Origin: an uncultured Candidatus Saccharibacteria bacterium
GTDB lineage: Bacteria > Patescibacteriota > Saccharimonadia > UBA4664 > CAZJNH01
DNA length: 64,000 bases
NCBI GenBank assembly: GCA_964547425.1
Contig: CAZJNH010000007.1
Coordinates: 4,981 to 68,980 of the forward strand
Reading direction: 5' to 3'
Numbering within the stretch: position 1 is the stretch's first letter; each line of letters begins with the position of its first letter. Below the pieces are notes generated by a model. The model had not been told where the DNA came from and ran no database searches. It saw only the letters and a list, made by a program, of their open reading frames with translations. The translations under genes and the position numbers were made by a program. Below, piece by piece: positions 46,377-55,203 of this stretch.

Positions 46377-46997
46377 TTACTTGAGTTCGACGGTGGCGCC
46401 GGCGGCTTCAAGCTTGGCTTTGGCTTCGTCGGCCTCGGCCTTGGGCAGGTTTTCCTTGACGGTCTTAGGCGCGCCATCAACTAAGGCTTTGGATTCAGCT
46501 AACCCTAGTCCGGTAATTTCCCGAACAGCTTTGATGACGTTGATCTTCTGGTCGCCAGAGGCAGAGAGCACTACAGTGTAGGCGCTCTTCTCTTCAGCGG
46601 CCTCTTCACCGCCACCAGCGGCGGCCGGGCCGGCAGCCATAGCAACAGGCGCGGCAGACACACCAAAGTGGTCTTCTAGTACTTTAACTAGTTCGGAGAG
46701 TTCGAGCACGGTCAGTTTTTCGATATCTTTAACTAAGTCTTTGAATTTAGCCGGAACTTCGCCCTTTGGCTTGTCGGCTTTCTTCTCTTCAACCTTCTCG
46801 GCCTTAGCTTCCGCAGCTTCGTGCTTTTCGACGGCTTCAGCGACTTCCTCAACCTTCTCTTCCGCAACTTCAGCCGCGGCTTCGGCAGGAGTGTCTTCGG
46901 CTTTTTCTTCAGCCACTTCGGCGGCTTCCTTAGCCTCTTCTACGGCTTCAGTTACTTCCTCTTTAGTCTCTTCTACTTTCTTCTCGTCGTCTGCCAT
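46377..46997 (-). CDS. rplL: 50S ribosomal protein L7/L12 with an ~80-aa acidic Glu/Ala/Lys-rich N-terminal extension
   Basis: The C-terminal 125 aa align to L7/L12 ([20 protein letters not shown] ... [24 protein letters not shown] ... ATVELK). The only ATG upstream is at 46997, with an AAAGGA ribosome-binding site. There is no ATG/GTG/TTG start nearer the conserved domain. Confidence 0.85.
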   Translation of the reverse strand: MADDEKKVEETKEEVTEAVEEAKEAAEVAEEKAEDTPAEAAAEVAEEKVEEVAEAVEKHEAAEAKAEKVEEKKADKPKGEVPAKFKDLVKDIEKLTVLELSELVKVLEDHFGVSAAPVAMAAGPAAAGGGEEAAEEKSAYTVVLSASGDQKINVIKAVREITGLGLAESKALVDGAPKTVKENLPKAEADEAKAKLEAAGATVELK

Positions 46998-47012
46998 AAT
47001 GATTCCTTTCTA

Positions 47013-47538
47013 TTATTTGGCCGTTGTGGCCTTTAAGACGTTAATTAATCCACTTAAATTGCCGGATAGTACGCGGTTGAAGCCTTGGATCGGCGCGGAA
47101 ATGGTTGCTACCAGCTGGCCAAGCAATTGGTCCTTGGTCGGCAATACGGCTAAGGCTTTAACTTGAGCCGGCTCTAGATATTCGCCGTCACCGGTCAGGG
47201 CGCCGGTAATTTCCAGCGCTTCGTGGGTTTTACCGAAGTTGTAGATCAGCCGAGCGGCCGCTACTTCATCGTCATAACCAAACGCAATGGCCAGGGGGCC
47301 CTGGAACGCATCCGCGTCCATCTCTTTTAGGGCGCCGGTTTGTTTAGCAGCCAACTTCAAAAGAGTGTTTTTGGTGACCCGGTAAGGGATCGCTTCGGCT
47401 GAAAGCTGATCGCGCAGTTCGTCGAGCTCCGCCACGGTTAATCCACGGTAGTCGGTTAAAACAGCCAGCTTAATTTTGCCGAGATCCTCGACTAGCTGGG
47501 TGACCGACTGCTCTTTTTGCTCGCGTGATTTGGCCATT
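47013..47538 (-). CDS. rplJ: 50S ribosomal protein L10
   Basis: L10 fold (LTDYRGLTVAELDELR ...). Start preferred at MAKSREQKEQ (47538); the ORF is open to 47609. Confidence 0.85.
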
Positions 47539-47728
47539 AAAAAATCCTTGGCAATTGCCAAAGACATACAAGGTTTCGCGAAACGCGATGTTGTTAGCCT
47601 CGGTAGCAAATTAAGTCTTGCGACGGCTACTGTCTTTGGCGACCAAGAAATGTTATCAAATCAATCTGGACGCGTCAATAACTAAGAGGAGCCCACGACC
47701 TTATCGGTCGGGGCTCCAATGAAACTTG

Positions 47729-49309
47729 TTACGGCGTCAGCTGCTCGAGCTTGAACTGTGTCGCTCGCTCAGCGGCCATCCGCGTCAACTCCGGACTTTC
47801 TTCGAAGTTAACCATCATCAGGCTGGCGAAGATCGGATGAACGTCGGCCACCAAGCGGTGCATCTTCTGGAAAATCCGCCTGTAGCCTGGATGTCCAGCC
47901 GGCTGCGTCCGAAGCTCCACCATATGGAACAGCGAACGCAGGTTGGTGATGAACCGGTATGGCATCCGGTTTCCCAACAGTGTCGCGTACTGCGCCTCGG
48001 CCTCGAACCCAGCGGCAAAGAGCCGCCAGTAAAGGTCGTGCGAGACGTCGAAACAGAGCTTGAAGTCGGTCGCCAGGCCGGCTTCTTTGACCAGCTCCGG
48101 GATCTCGTACCCATAGTACGGCGTCAGCCGCTGCCACTCGAACGCGTCGACCATCCGGTGGCGCTGGATGTCGCGGAAGGTGCCGTAGTCGGCTGTGATC
48201 TGCCACTCGTAGTGCGCCTTCTCGATCCCTCGCCCCGGCTTATGCCGCCTATTCAGCCGTTCGCCGATGTAGGCCCGAATGACCTCTTCGCGCCGATCGT
48301 CTGTCCAGCCGGCGACCGCGGCTCGGATCTGGTCGAGAGGTTTGTCACTCGCCTCGAACAGCAACTCCGGCACGAGGTCCAACTCGTCCTTCGGCCAACG
48401 GTCGAGCAGTATCACTTCCGCCGCGTTGGTGCGTTCCTCTGGCAGCCAGGCTTTTGCCAGCTCGCGCAAATTGCGCTTGGTGGTGGCCTTGTAGGCGGTG
48501 ATTGCCCCACCCCGGTCAGGCATGTCGGTACGTTCAAGGAACACACCGATCACCTGCCGAGCGGCTTCGAGGATCTGCTGTCCGACGGCCCGGAACTCGA
48601 CGAGATCGTCGCCCAGCAGCCGCATGATCAAGTAATCGACCATTTGGGCGGAGCCGAATATCCCCACCGTCGACTTGGTCGCAACCGGCAGCACCGGCCG
48701 GATCGCGTCGCAGGCCTGGGCGCGTGTCGCTCCCATCCAGGCCACTCGCTTCTCGTCGCCTTGTGGGTGCTTCCGGCGGACATATTCAGCCAACTCACGT
48801 ACCATCTTCGAGTAAAGCTTGAAGATGGTATCAATCGACTCGTTGTAGTCCGCGGTCAACTCACCGAGGTTCGGTGGTGTGTAGTACTTGAAGTTGCCCT
48901 TGGCGTCCTGCTGATCGAAGAAGATGTAGCGGGTCGACTGCTCGAGGTACGAACCCGGCCTTCCCCACTCCAACGCCTTGGTCAGTAGGTTCGACGCGTC
49001 TTCGACGACGAACTGCAGGCCAGCCAGCTGCTGGACGGAGTCGTCGCCATAAGCGGTGATGACTCGGCGCAGTAAGCCCTCAACCTTGTCCTCTTCGGTC
49101 GAGGCGAACTCTTCGAGAATGATCTCGCGAAGGTCGCTACCACGCCTTGAGAGGCGAGCCATGGCTGCCGCCACCATCATCGGTGAAGCGTTTTGGTTGA
49201 ACGCGTACACCTGTGATGTTGGGCTGGTCACGATCTCTGAAAGATACTTATGACCCTCCTCCGTTACAACGAGGTGGTCACCATCCTCCTTCAAGTATGG
49301 GTTGCTCAC
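47729..49309 (-). CDS. flavin-dependent thymidylate synthase ThyX-family, long (tandem-duplicated-type, 526 aa)
   Basis: Two half-domains with degenerate ThyX motifs (QSTRY, then RDIQRHRMVD), and a C-terminal LRSLFHMVELRTQPAGHPGYRRIF matching the ThyX C-terminal helix. Sits in an operon with tmk, dcd and dut. Confidence 0.55.
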   Translation of the reverse strand: MSNPYLKEDGDHLVVTEEGHKYLSEIVTSPTSQVYAFNQNASPMMVAAAMARLSRRGSDLREIILEEFASTEEDKVEGLLRRVITAYGDDSVQQLAGLQFVVEDASNLLTKALEWGRPGSYLEQSTRYIFFDQQDAKGNFKYYTPPNLGELTADYNESIDTIFKLYSKMVRELAEYVRRKHPQGDEKRVAWMGATRAQACDAIRPVLPVATKSTVGIFGSAQMVDYLIMRLLGDDLVEFRAVGQQILEAARQVIGVFLERTDMPDRGGAITAYKATTKRNLRELAKAWLPEERTNAAEVILLDRWPKDELDLVPELLFEASDKPLDQIRAAVAGWTDDRREEVIRAYIGERLNRRHKPGRGIEKAHYEWQITADYGTFRDIQRHRMVDAFEWQRLTPYYGYEIPELVKEAGLATDFKLCFDVSHDLYWRLFAAGFEAEAQYATLLGNRMPYRFITNLRSLFHMVELRTQPAGHPGYRRIFQKMHRLVADVHPIFASLMMVNFEESPELTRMAAERATQFKLEQLTP

Positions 49310-49932
49310 TTCGCCTCCTCAAGTAGTGGTTCGATGTGTTGCCAGACCAGCTCGAAGACTTCTTCGATCGTGCCACTCGCTTCGATCTTCGGCAGATCGC
49401 GGCGGTGAGCTTCGTACTCGTAGCCGAGGATCAGGCGCTGAAGTTCGAGGCTGGACTCGAAGTAGTCAGCCTCCTCATTGCGCTTGGCCATGCGATCTTT
49501 AGCTACATCCCATGGCACTATCAGCACCAGCTCGAGGTCGGGCAGGATGCCGACGTACTCGTGAAGCTCTTCGTCGACGAGCTTGATCAGGGTTCGATCG
49601 ATCCCCTCCGCGAAGCTTTGGTACACGAAGGTCGACAGGCGGTTGCGGTCGCACACCACCCATTCTCCAGCATCGACGTGGCGCTTGATGGTGGTCAAGG
49701 CTTCCACCCGCGCGGCGTTGAACAACATGACGTTCGTCAGCGCCTGTCTTGGTATTGAGTTGGCCTTGAGGATTCGTCGGATCTCATCACCCATCAGCGT
49801 ATTGCCGCCGGGTTCGTAGACCGACACCGCTCGCTTCCCTCTGCGCTCAAGCGCCGCGATGACTCGTTTGACCTGCTCAGTCTTGCCGGCACCGTCGGTG
49901 CCTTCCAGCACGATATAGCGGCCGCGCGACAT
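49306..49932 (-). CDS. tmk: thymidylate kinase
   Basis: LEGTDGAGKT P-loop, a DRN..S..YQ (DRY-type) motif, and a lid region. 208 aa, 4-nt overlap with thyX. Confidence 0.75.
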   Translation of the reverse strand: MSRGRYIVLEGTDGAGKTEQVKRVIAALERRGKRAVSVYEPGGNTLMGDEIRRILKANSIPRQALTNVMLFNAARVEALTTIKRHVDAGEWVVCDRNRLSTFVYQSFAEGIDRTLIKLVDEELHEYVGILPDLELVLIVPWDVAKDRMAKRNEEADYFESSLELQRLILGYEYEAHRRDLPKIEASGTIEEVFELVWQHIEPLLEEAK

Positions 49933-49996
49933 TAATTACCCCCTTGTGAAGTTGCGAACTACCGCCCCTATTCCAGACTAGATTAGCACATAAAAC

Positions 49997-50674
49997 CTAA
50001 AGAGGTTTTGGGGTGGAACGTTTGTCGGTGTAAGCCCGGGGCAACATTTGCTCAGGCTTCCAACTTTTGATAATGGCTTTAATTTCGCCGCTGGTTTGGT
50101 ACTTGCCGGTTTTGCCGTAATGGCGTTTCACCTCCCCGGTTTGGTGAAAAATAATCTGTGCGACGCGCTCCCCGACCGGGAGCGGCACGCTTTTGTGCTG
50201 GTTGAGGTTGTAGACCTCCATCGTCCATCGGTTGATGTAGCCAGGGTCACCCCAGCCCGCGTCGAAACAGCTGGAAATGCCGTTGCGGCCCCAGCTGGAG
50301 CGGGCGCGCATTTCGGTAGTGCCGGGAGGATTGATGCCTATAAATTCGTGGGTGTGCGCCAAGATTCTTTCCCCGGGGCGTAAGACAATAATCGGATGCT
50401 TTTTGCCGATGCCCTTAAACAGCTGATGGCCGTATTTCTTACACCAGTCTTCGTGGGGAATTGCCCGCAGAGCCTTGCCGAAGTAACGGTTAACTTGAGC
50501 CTCATCGAACGGGTTGTAGTAGTCGTAGTTGTTGGGGCTTTCGGTTAGGAAAAACCATTCACCCAAAGTAACGTCAACGCTTGAGCCGCGGATATTTTCA
50601 TCCACAAGCGGATGGATGACGATGTGCCCTGTCTTGAGGGCTGCCTTAATTTCTTGGTCGCTAAATACAGCCAT
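49997..50674 (-). CDS. dcd: dCTP deaminase-family protein (dUTPase superfamily)
   Basis: IHPLVDENIRGSSVDVTLG and AGWGDPGYINRWTMEVYN match the dCTP deaminase active-site segments. 225 aa (longer than the canonical ~190). Confidence 0.65.
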   Translation of the reverse strand: MAVFSDQEIKAALKTGHIVIHPLVDENIRGSSVDVTLGEWFFLTESPNNYDYYNPFDEAQVNRYFGKALRAIPHEDWCKKYGHQLFKGIGKKHPIIVLRPGERILAHTHEFIGINPPGTTEMRARSSWGRNGISSCFDAGWGDPGYINRWTMEVYNLNQHKSVPLPVGERVAQIIFHQTGEVKRHYGKTGKYQTSGEIKAIIKSWKPEQMLPRAYTDKRSTPKPL

Positions 50675-50752
50675 AATGCCCTCTGATTATACCTAAAGTG
50701 CTTCCAGATAAAAGTTGCGTGGCCGGGGACGTCTTCATCCCCGGCCACAGAG

Positions 50753-51757
50753 TTAGGCTCGAAAGCCTGTTGAACCGAAACCTCCGGCCGCCCTTTCAGT
50801 CTCACCAAGCTCATCATAGTCGTCAACGACTATGATCTCCGGGTGCTTAACCGGCTCGAACATTACTTGGATAATCCGGTCGTGTTGCATGACATCGAAC
50901 GGGTCGACACCGTGGTTGATCAGGTCGACGCCGGCCTCCCCGCGATAGTCGGAGTCAACCGTACCCGGTGCGTTGCTATTGGTGAGGGCGAAAACGGTCG
51001 ACAGGCCGCTGCGTGGGGTCAGCCAGTAGACCATATGCTTAGGGAAGGAGGTCGCGAACCCAACACCGACTAGGACCTTCTCTTTTGGCGGCAGGCGGTA
51101 CGACCAGCTGAAACCTTCACCGTCGGGATTGGGTACCGGCACAACGTGGCCAAGGACTCGCGGATCGTCGGGACGGTGCTTGAAATCAAACATCGTCTTG
51201 CGCCAGCGTGGATCCTTGGGATCCATGATCTCCTTGTGCACGATCGCACGGGTATGACCGTCCAGAGCAGCAGAGCCCTCGGTTTTGCGGATCGGCAGAC
51301 GGCCGCCCGGTAGCACCCACATCTTGACGGTGTGTTTGTATTTACCGAACCACAGTTCAATTTCGCGTTGCGCAGCTGCTGCCGAGTCGGAGGCGTGAAC
51401 GAGATTCCGTGGCCCTCCACTAGTGTCGTCGCATAGATCCCCGCGGATGGTTCCTGATTCCGCCTTCTTGGGATCCGTTGCTCCGATCAGGTCTCTCGCC
51501 CTCTTCACGGCGTATTCACCCTGGAGCTCGACGGCGTATAGCGGTTCACGGATCATGAACCCGACGAGGTCGTCGAAGAAGGGCTTGTCTTCATGCTCGG
51601 CATAATGCGACTCGATCTTTTCGAGAGCCGCCAGCACCTTCTTTGACCTAACTACCAGAAGGCCTGCTTCGGCAAATCTCATTACGATCTCGCGTGTCAT
51701 CCCGGCGGCTACAGCGTCGGGCTTAATCAAGACTAACGTCCGCTGGGTCTTCAACAC
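50753..51757 (-). CDS. fusion protein: nucleoside-diphosphate kinase (N-terminal) + dUTP diphosphatase (C-terminal)
   Basis: Residues 1-140: TLVLIKPDAV ... HASDS ... REIELWF (the Ndk fold, catalytic His in the HASDS context). Residues ~190-334: LTPRSGLS ... GTVDSDYRGE (dUTPase motifs III/IV). Confidence 0.75.
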   Translation of the reverse strand: MLKTQRTLVLIKPDAVAAGMTREIVMRFAEAGLLVVRSKKVLAALEKIESHYAEHEDKPFFDDLVGFMIREPLYAVELQGEYAVKRARDLIGATDPKKAESGTIRGDLCDDTSGGPRNLVHASDSAAAAQREIELWFGKYKHTVKMWVLPGGRLPIRKTEGSAALDGHTRAIVHKEIMDPKDPRWRKTMFDFKHRPDDPRVLGHVVPVPNPDGEGFSWSYRLPPKEKVLVGVGFATSFPKHMVYWLTPRSGLSTVFALTNSNAPGTVDSDYRGEAGVDLINHGVDPFDVMQHDRIIQVMFEPVKHPEIIVVDDYDELGETERAAGGFGSTGFRA

Positions 51758-51851
51758 AGCTCCTTAGGGTCGACTAAAAAAGAACAAAGCGGCTCACTGC
51801 CGCCTTGTCGCCCATTCTAAATTCTTTGAAACTTATCCGCAAACCAAAAAC

Positions 51852-51930
51852 CTTGTATTTCGCCTATCTGAAAAGGGTTACACCCTTAACAGATTAGGAA
51901 ATTACATGTTTTGAGAAATTTTTGAGTCAA
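51852..51930. repeat. stop-codon-proximal structured repeat, copy B
   Basis: 57-nt imperfect palindrome CTTGTATTTCGCCTATCTGAAAAGGGTTACACCCTTAACAGATTAGGAAATTACATG (51852-51908), A/T spacer, TTGAGTCAA at 51922-51930, 5 nt from the rplA stop (51936-38). Confidence 0.7.
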
Positions 51931-51935
51931 ATAGG

Positions 51936-52790
51936 TTATTTGTGGAGGTCGGCGAGGAGTTTGTGGGCGTCGAGTTTGACCGATGGGCCCATTGTGCTAG
52001 CGAGTGAAATGTTGAGGATATAAGTGCCTTTGGAGCCGGCCGGTTTGGCGGTTTGGAGGGCGGCAACGACTGCTTTAACGTTGTCGGCGAGATTTTTGTC
52101 GGCAAAGCTAACTTTGCCGACCGACTGGTGGACGATTGCTTGTTTGTCGATGCGAAGCTCTACTTTGCCACTTTTGATTTCTTTTTCAGCCTTTGCGAGG
52201 TCTGCCGTGACGGTGCCGCTCTTGGGGTTAGGCATTAAACCTTTGGGACCGAGTACCTTTGCCACTTTAGCCAGTTTTGGCATCATATCTGGGGTGGTGA
52301 TTAAGATATCGAAGTCGATTTTGCCTTTTTCGATTTCGGCGATGGCTTTCTCACCTTCGGCGCCAGATTTCACGATCTTTACGGTCGGGGTTTTGGCGCT
52401 GCCGCCGGGAAGTACGACGCTGGTCCGGACGATCTGGTCGGATTGCTGTGGGTCAACGCCAAGATTAACGTGAATGTCGATACTCGAATCGAACTTGGTA
52501 GTTGCGGTCTTTTTGACTAAATCAATTCCAGCCGCTAGCTCGTAAGCTTCGGCTTTGTCGATTAACTCAACGACTTTGCGGTAGTTTTTGCCGCGTTTGT
52601 CGAAAGGCGTTTTGACGGCCTTCTCGGCTGCCGCCTTGGCTTTTTCCGAAGTGGAAATGGTTTTTTTAGCCTCACTAGCCTTAGCTTTTTCGGAAGTTGA
52701 GACCTTCTTTTTCTCCGGTTTGGCTTCAGCGGGAATGATGGCTTGCTCGGTATTGTCTTCGGCTGGTGAAACGGCCCTTTTCGCTGCCAT
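51936..52790 (-). CDS. rplA: 50S ribosomal protein L1 with a ~55-aa Lys/Ala/Glu/Ser-rich N-terminal extension
   Basis: Alignable to L1 from GKNYRKVVELIDKAEAY. The preceding 55 aa are low-complexity (KKKVSTSEKAKASEAKK ...) with no internal Met. Confidence 0.85.
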   Translation of the reverse strand: MAAKRAVSPAEDNTEQAIIPAEAKPEKKKVSTSEKAKASEAKKTISTSEKAKAAAEKAVKTPFDKRGKNYRKVVELIDKAEAYELAAGIDLVKKTATTKFDSSIDIHVNLGVDPQQSDQIVRTSVVLPGGSAKTPTVKIVKSGAEGEKAIAEIEKGKIDFDILITTPDMMPKLAKVAKVLGPKGLMPNPKSGTVTADLAKAEKEIKSGKVELRIDKQAIVHQSVGKVSFADKNLADNVKAVVAALQTAKPAGSKGTYILNISLASTMGPSVKLDAHKLLADLHK

Positions 52791-53233
52791 TACTTAGTTC
52801 CACCTTCAACTTCAACGCCCATAGAACGGGCGGTTCCGGCAATCACTTTAAAAGCCGCGTCGGGGTTTTTTGCGTTCAAATCCGGCATCTTCACTTGGGC
52901 AATCTCATTAATCTGCCCTTTAGTCAGCTTGGCGACCTTTTCTTTGTGCGGCACACCGCTCCCCTTTTCGATTCGAGCGGCTTTGCGGATTAGATCGGCC
53001 GTCGGTGGGGTTTTGGTAATAAAATCAAAGCTCCGGTCTTCATAGATCGTAATCTCAACCGGCACCAGATTGTCACCCAGCCCCTTGGTCTGGTCGTTAA
53101 AAGGGTTAATGAAGTCCATCATGTTAACGCCGTGCTGGCCCAAAGAGGAACCAACCGGAGGTGCGGGCGTGGCTTTGCCGGCCATTACCCTGAACTTTAC
53201 CTTAGCTTTAATTTTTTTTACTTCTTTTGCCAT
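52790..53233 (-). CDS. rplK: 50S ribosomal protein L11
   Basis: [17 protein letters not shown] and other L11-family motifs. 147 aa. Confidence 0.95.
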   Translation of the reverse strand: MAKEVKKIKAKVKFRVMAGKATPAPPVGSSLGQHGVNMMDFINPFNDQTKGLGDNLVPVEITIYEDRSFDFITKTPPTADLIRKAARIEKGSGVPHKEKVAKLTKGQINEIAQVKMPDLNAKNPDAAFKVIAGTARSMGVEVEGGTK

Positions 53234-53235
53234 GT

Positions 53236-53820
53236 CTATAATTTCTTTACCTGCAGGCTATCGAGCTCAACCGGTGTTTCCCGGCCAAACATGTTAACCA
53301 GCACTTTAATTTTGCCTTTGTTCTCGTCAATCTCGTTAACTTGGCCGTCAAAGCCCTTGAATGGACCGTCGGTGATGTTAACCGACTCTCCAATCGAGAA
53401 ATCGATCTTGTACTTCGGTTCTTCAACGCCCATTCTTTTCTGAATATGGCGAACCTCGTCGGCGTCCATCGGGATCGGTGTAGTGCCCGAACCGACGAAG
53501 CCGGTAACGTTTGGGGTGTTGCGAACGACGTACCAGGAGTCCTCGTCCACCGACATTTGGACCAATACATAACCTGGAAAAATGCGTTTCTCAACGATTT
53601 TTCGGCGTCCGTTTTTGATTTCAATCTGGTTTTCCTTTGGCACGATAACGTCAAAGATCTTGTTGGCCATTCCCATCGTCTCAATCCGTTGGCGCAGGTT
53701 TTCGGCGACTCGGTCTTCGTACCCCGAATAGGTATGGATGACGTACCAGCTTTGGTCCTTGTTAGGATCCTTCGCCGGTACAGCCGGAGCTTCTTCAGCT
53801 GTTTCAACTTTTTTAGCCAT
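53236..53820 (-). CDS. nusG: transcription termination/antitermination factor NusG
   Basis: [14 protein letters not shown] domain and a C-terminal KOW ([20 protein letters not shown]). Confidence 0.9.
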   Translation of the reverse strand: MAKKVETAEEAPAVPAKDPNKDQSWYVIHTYSGYEDRVAENLRQRIETMGMANKIFDVIVPKENQIEIKNGRRKIVEKRIFPGYVLVQMSVDEDSWYVVRNTPNVTGFVGSGTTPIPMDADEVRHIQKRMGVEEPKYKIDFSIGESVNITDGPFKGFDGQVNEIDENKGKIKVLVNMFGRETPVELDSLQVKKL

Positions 53821-54004
53821 GGAAAACGACCTTTTGAATTACGCGAGCGAATCCCCAGTCAACCGCGCCGATGAAGGTTGAGACGACTAAGGAAAAAACG
53901 ATAACGATTATCGTTAGGCTAATAATCTGCTGGCGGTTGGGCCAGGTAACCTTTGATAGCTCAGCGAACGAGCTCTTAAAGTAATCGGTGACTTTATTGA
54001 ACAT
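53813..54004 (-). CDS. secE: preprotein translocase subunit SecE
   Basis: 63 aa with a single TM, and the ELSKVTWPNRQQ conserved SecE segment. Immediately upstream of nusG. Confidence 0.8.
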   Translation of the reverse strand: MFNKVTDYFKSSFAELSKVTWPNRQQIISLTIIVIVFSLVVSTFIGAVDWGFARVIQKVVFHG

Positions 54005-54034
54005 TTTTCCTCAACCTAAAAAAGCCGGGCGGCT

Positions 54035-55051
54035 TCAGGAGTCAATTCTAGCGTGTTTGAGGCGCTGTTTCAAGAGTTTTAGGACGGCGACCTCGGCTTC
54101 GCCCAAAAGCTCATGTTCGGGGAGCTTTAGCAGCCGGTCGATTTCGCGCAAATAGGATGAAATAGTTTGTCCATCTAGATAGAAATCAATTACCCGGGGA
54201 TCGATGTATGACGCCCTGGCGATAGCCGGAGTATTGCCCAGCTTCTCGGAGACGGTTTTAACGGCTTGAGTAATGTTTCGTTTGGCAGCGGTTTCGGAGG
54301 CGGCGATGCCCAGCTCAGCCAAGGCGACGGCGGCAATCAATGTCCCTGCCCAGGTACGGAAGTCCTTTGCGGAGAAATCGTACCCCATGACTTCCTTGAT
54401 GTAGTCGTTAAGATCATCACTATGAACGTCCCTAAGCTCCCCGTCGTCATGGTAGTACTTGAATATATGGTAACCAGGCAGTTCGTCGAGTTCGGACACT
54501 ACCCGCGCCAATGTCTTATCGATCACCTCCCGTTCGTTATCCTTATGGCTTTTTCCAACGTAATGGAAAATCAAGCGGTCGCCCTCTATTTGCAGGTGCT
54601 TGTGGCGCAAAGTTGTTAATCCGTAGGTTTGGTTTTCCTTCTCGTAAACTTCGTTACCCACTCGAAAATAGGCGGCATCGATTAGCCGCACCATGCAGGC
54701 CAAAACCTTTTCGCGGTTCAGCTCCTTTACTCTAAGATGCTGGCCGGTTACCTTACGCATCATTGGCAGGCCGTTGGCAAACGCCAATATGCGGTCGAAC
54801 TTCTCTTTTTCCTGATGCGCGCGGTAGGTCGGGTTGTAGATATACTGCTTTCGGCCGGCGTCGTCATAGCCGGTAACCAGTATCTTCGAGTGAGGGTGAG
54901 ACGAAATCTCGACTTCCGTCCAGGCAGGCGGAATCGCCAGCCCTTCGATGTATTCCAAGACCTTTGAGTCTTTAACCGCGCCACCGCCGGAGGTCTCGTA
55001 TTTAAACCCTTTTCCGTGCTTAACCCGGTGAATATGGCCTTTGTCAGCCAC
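54035..55051 (-). CDS. type IB DNA topoisomerase (bacterial/poxvirus-like TopIB)
   Basis: 338 aa. Catalytic pentad context: R ... K ... FSAKDFRTWAGT ... H ... and the active-site Tyr in ARASYIDPRV, as in Deinococcus/vaccinia TopIB. Confidence 0.7.
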   Translation of the reverse strand: MADKGHIHRVKHGKGFKYETSGGGAVKDSKVLEYIEGLAIPPAWTEVEISSHPHSKILVTGYDDAGRKQYIYNPTYRAHQEKEKFDRILAFANGLPMMRKVTGQHLRVKELNREKVLACMVRLIDAAYFRVGNEVYEKENQTYGLTTLRHKHLQIEGDRLIFHYVGKSHKDNEREVIDKTLARVVSELDELPGYHIFKYYHDDGELRDVHSDDLNDYIKEVMGYDFSAKDFRTWAGTLIAAVALAELGIAASETAAKRNITQAVKTVSEKLGNTPAIARASYIDPRVIDFYLDGQTISSYLREIDRLLKLPEHELLGEAEVAVLKLLKQRLKHARIDS

Positions 55052-55149
55052 AGCCGGTGCCTACTTATCCCCAGTTATTTTGTGCATTGTTCCAATAATA
55101 ACTGAATCGTGTTTGCTGTTTCGTACCATTAGCTTTATTTTACAGCATA

Positions 55150-55182
55150 AACGGAAAACTCCGCACCGTGTGTGGTGCGGAG
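55150..55182 (-). terminator. rho-independent terminator downstream of the small membrane-protein gene
   Basis: Minus-strand RNA: CTCCGCACC-ACACAC-GGTGCGGAG (perfect 9-bp stem), followed by UUUUCCGUUUAU. Confidence 0.65.
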
Positions 55183-55203
55183 TCTCCCCGAGTTGGGTGG
55201 TAG

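Noticed and set aside
47726-48988. 420-aa plus-strand ORF
   Set aside because: Antisense to thyX in a GC-rich region. Arg/Leu/Pro-rich, a typical shadow ORF.
49336-49758. 140-aa plus-strand ORF
   Set aside because: Antisense shadow of tmk in GC-rich DNA.
51869-51935. Reading TTGA(C/G)TCAA plus a downstream TA(T/A)TTT as a -35/-10 promoter for the next minus-strand gene
   Set aside because: Spacing to a putative -10 varies from 18 to 20 nt. Copy A would transcribe antisense into tRNA-Leu. Copy C lies between convergent genes where no promoter is needed, yet it keeps the box.
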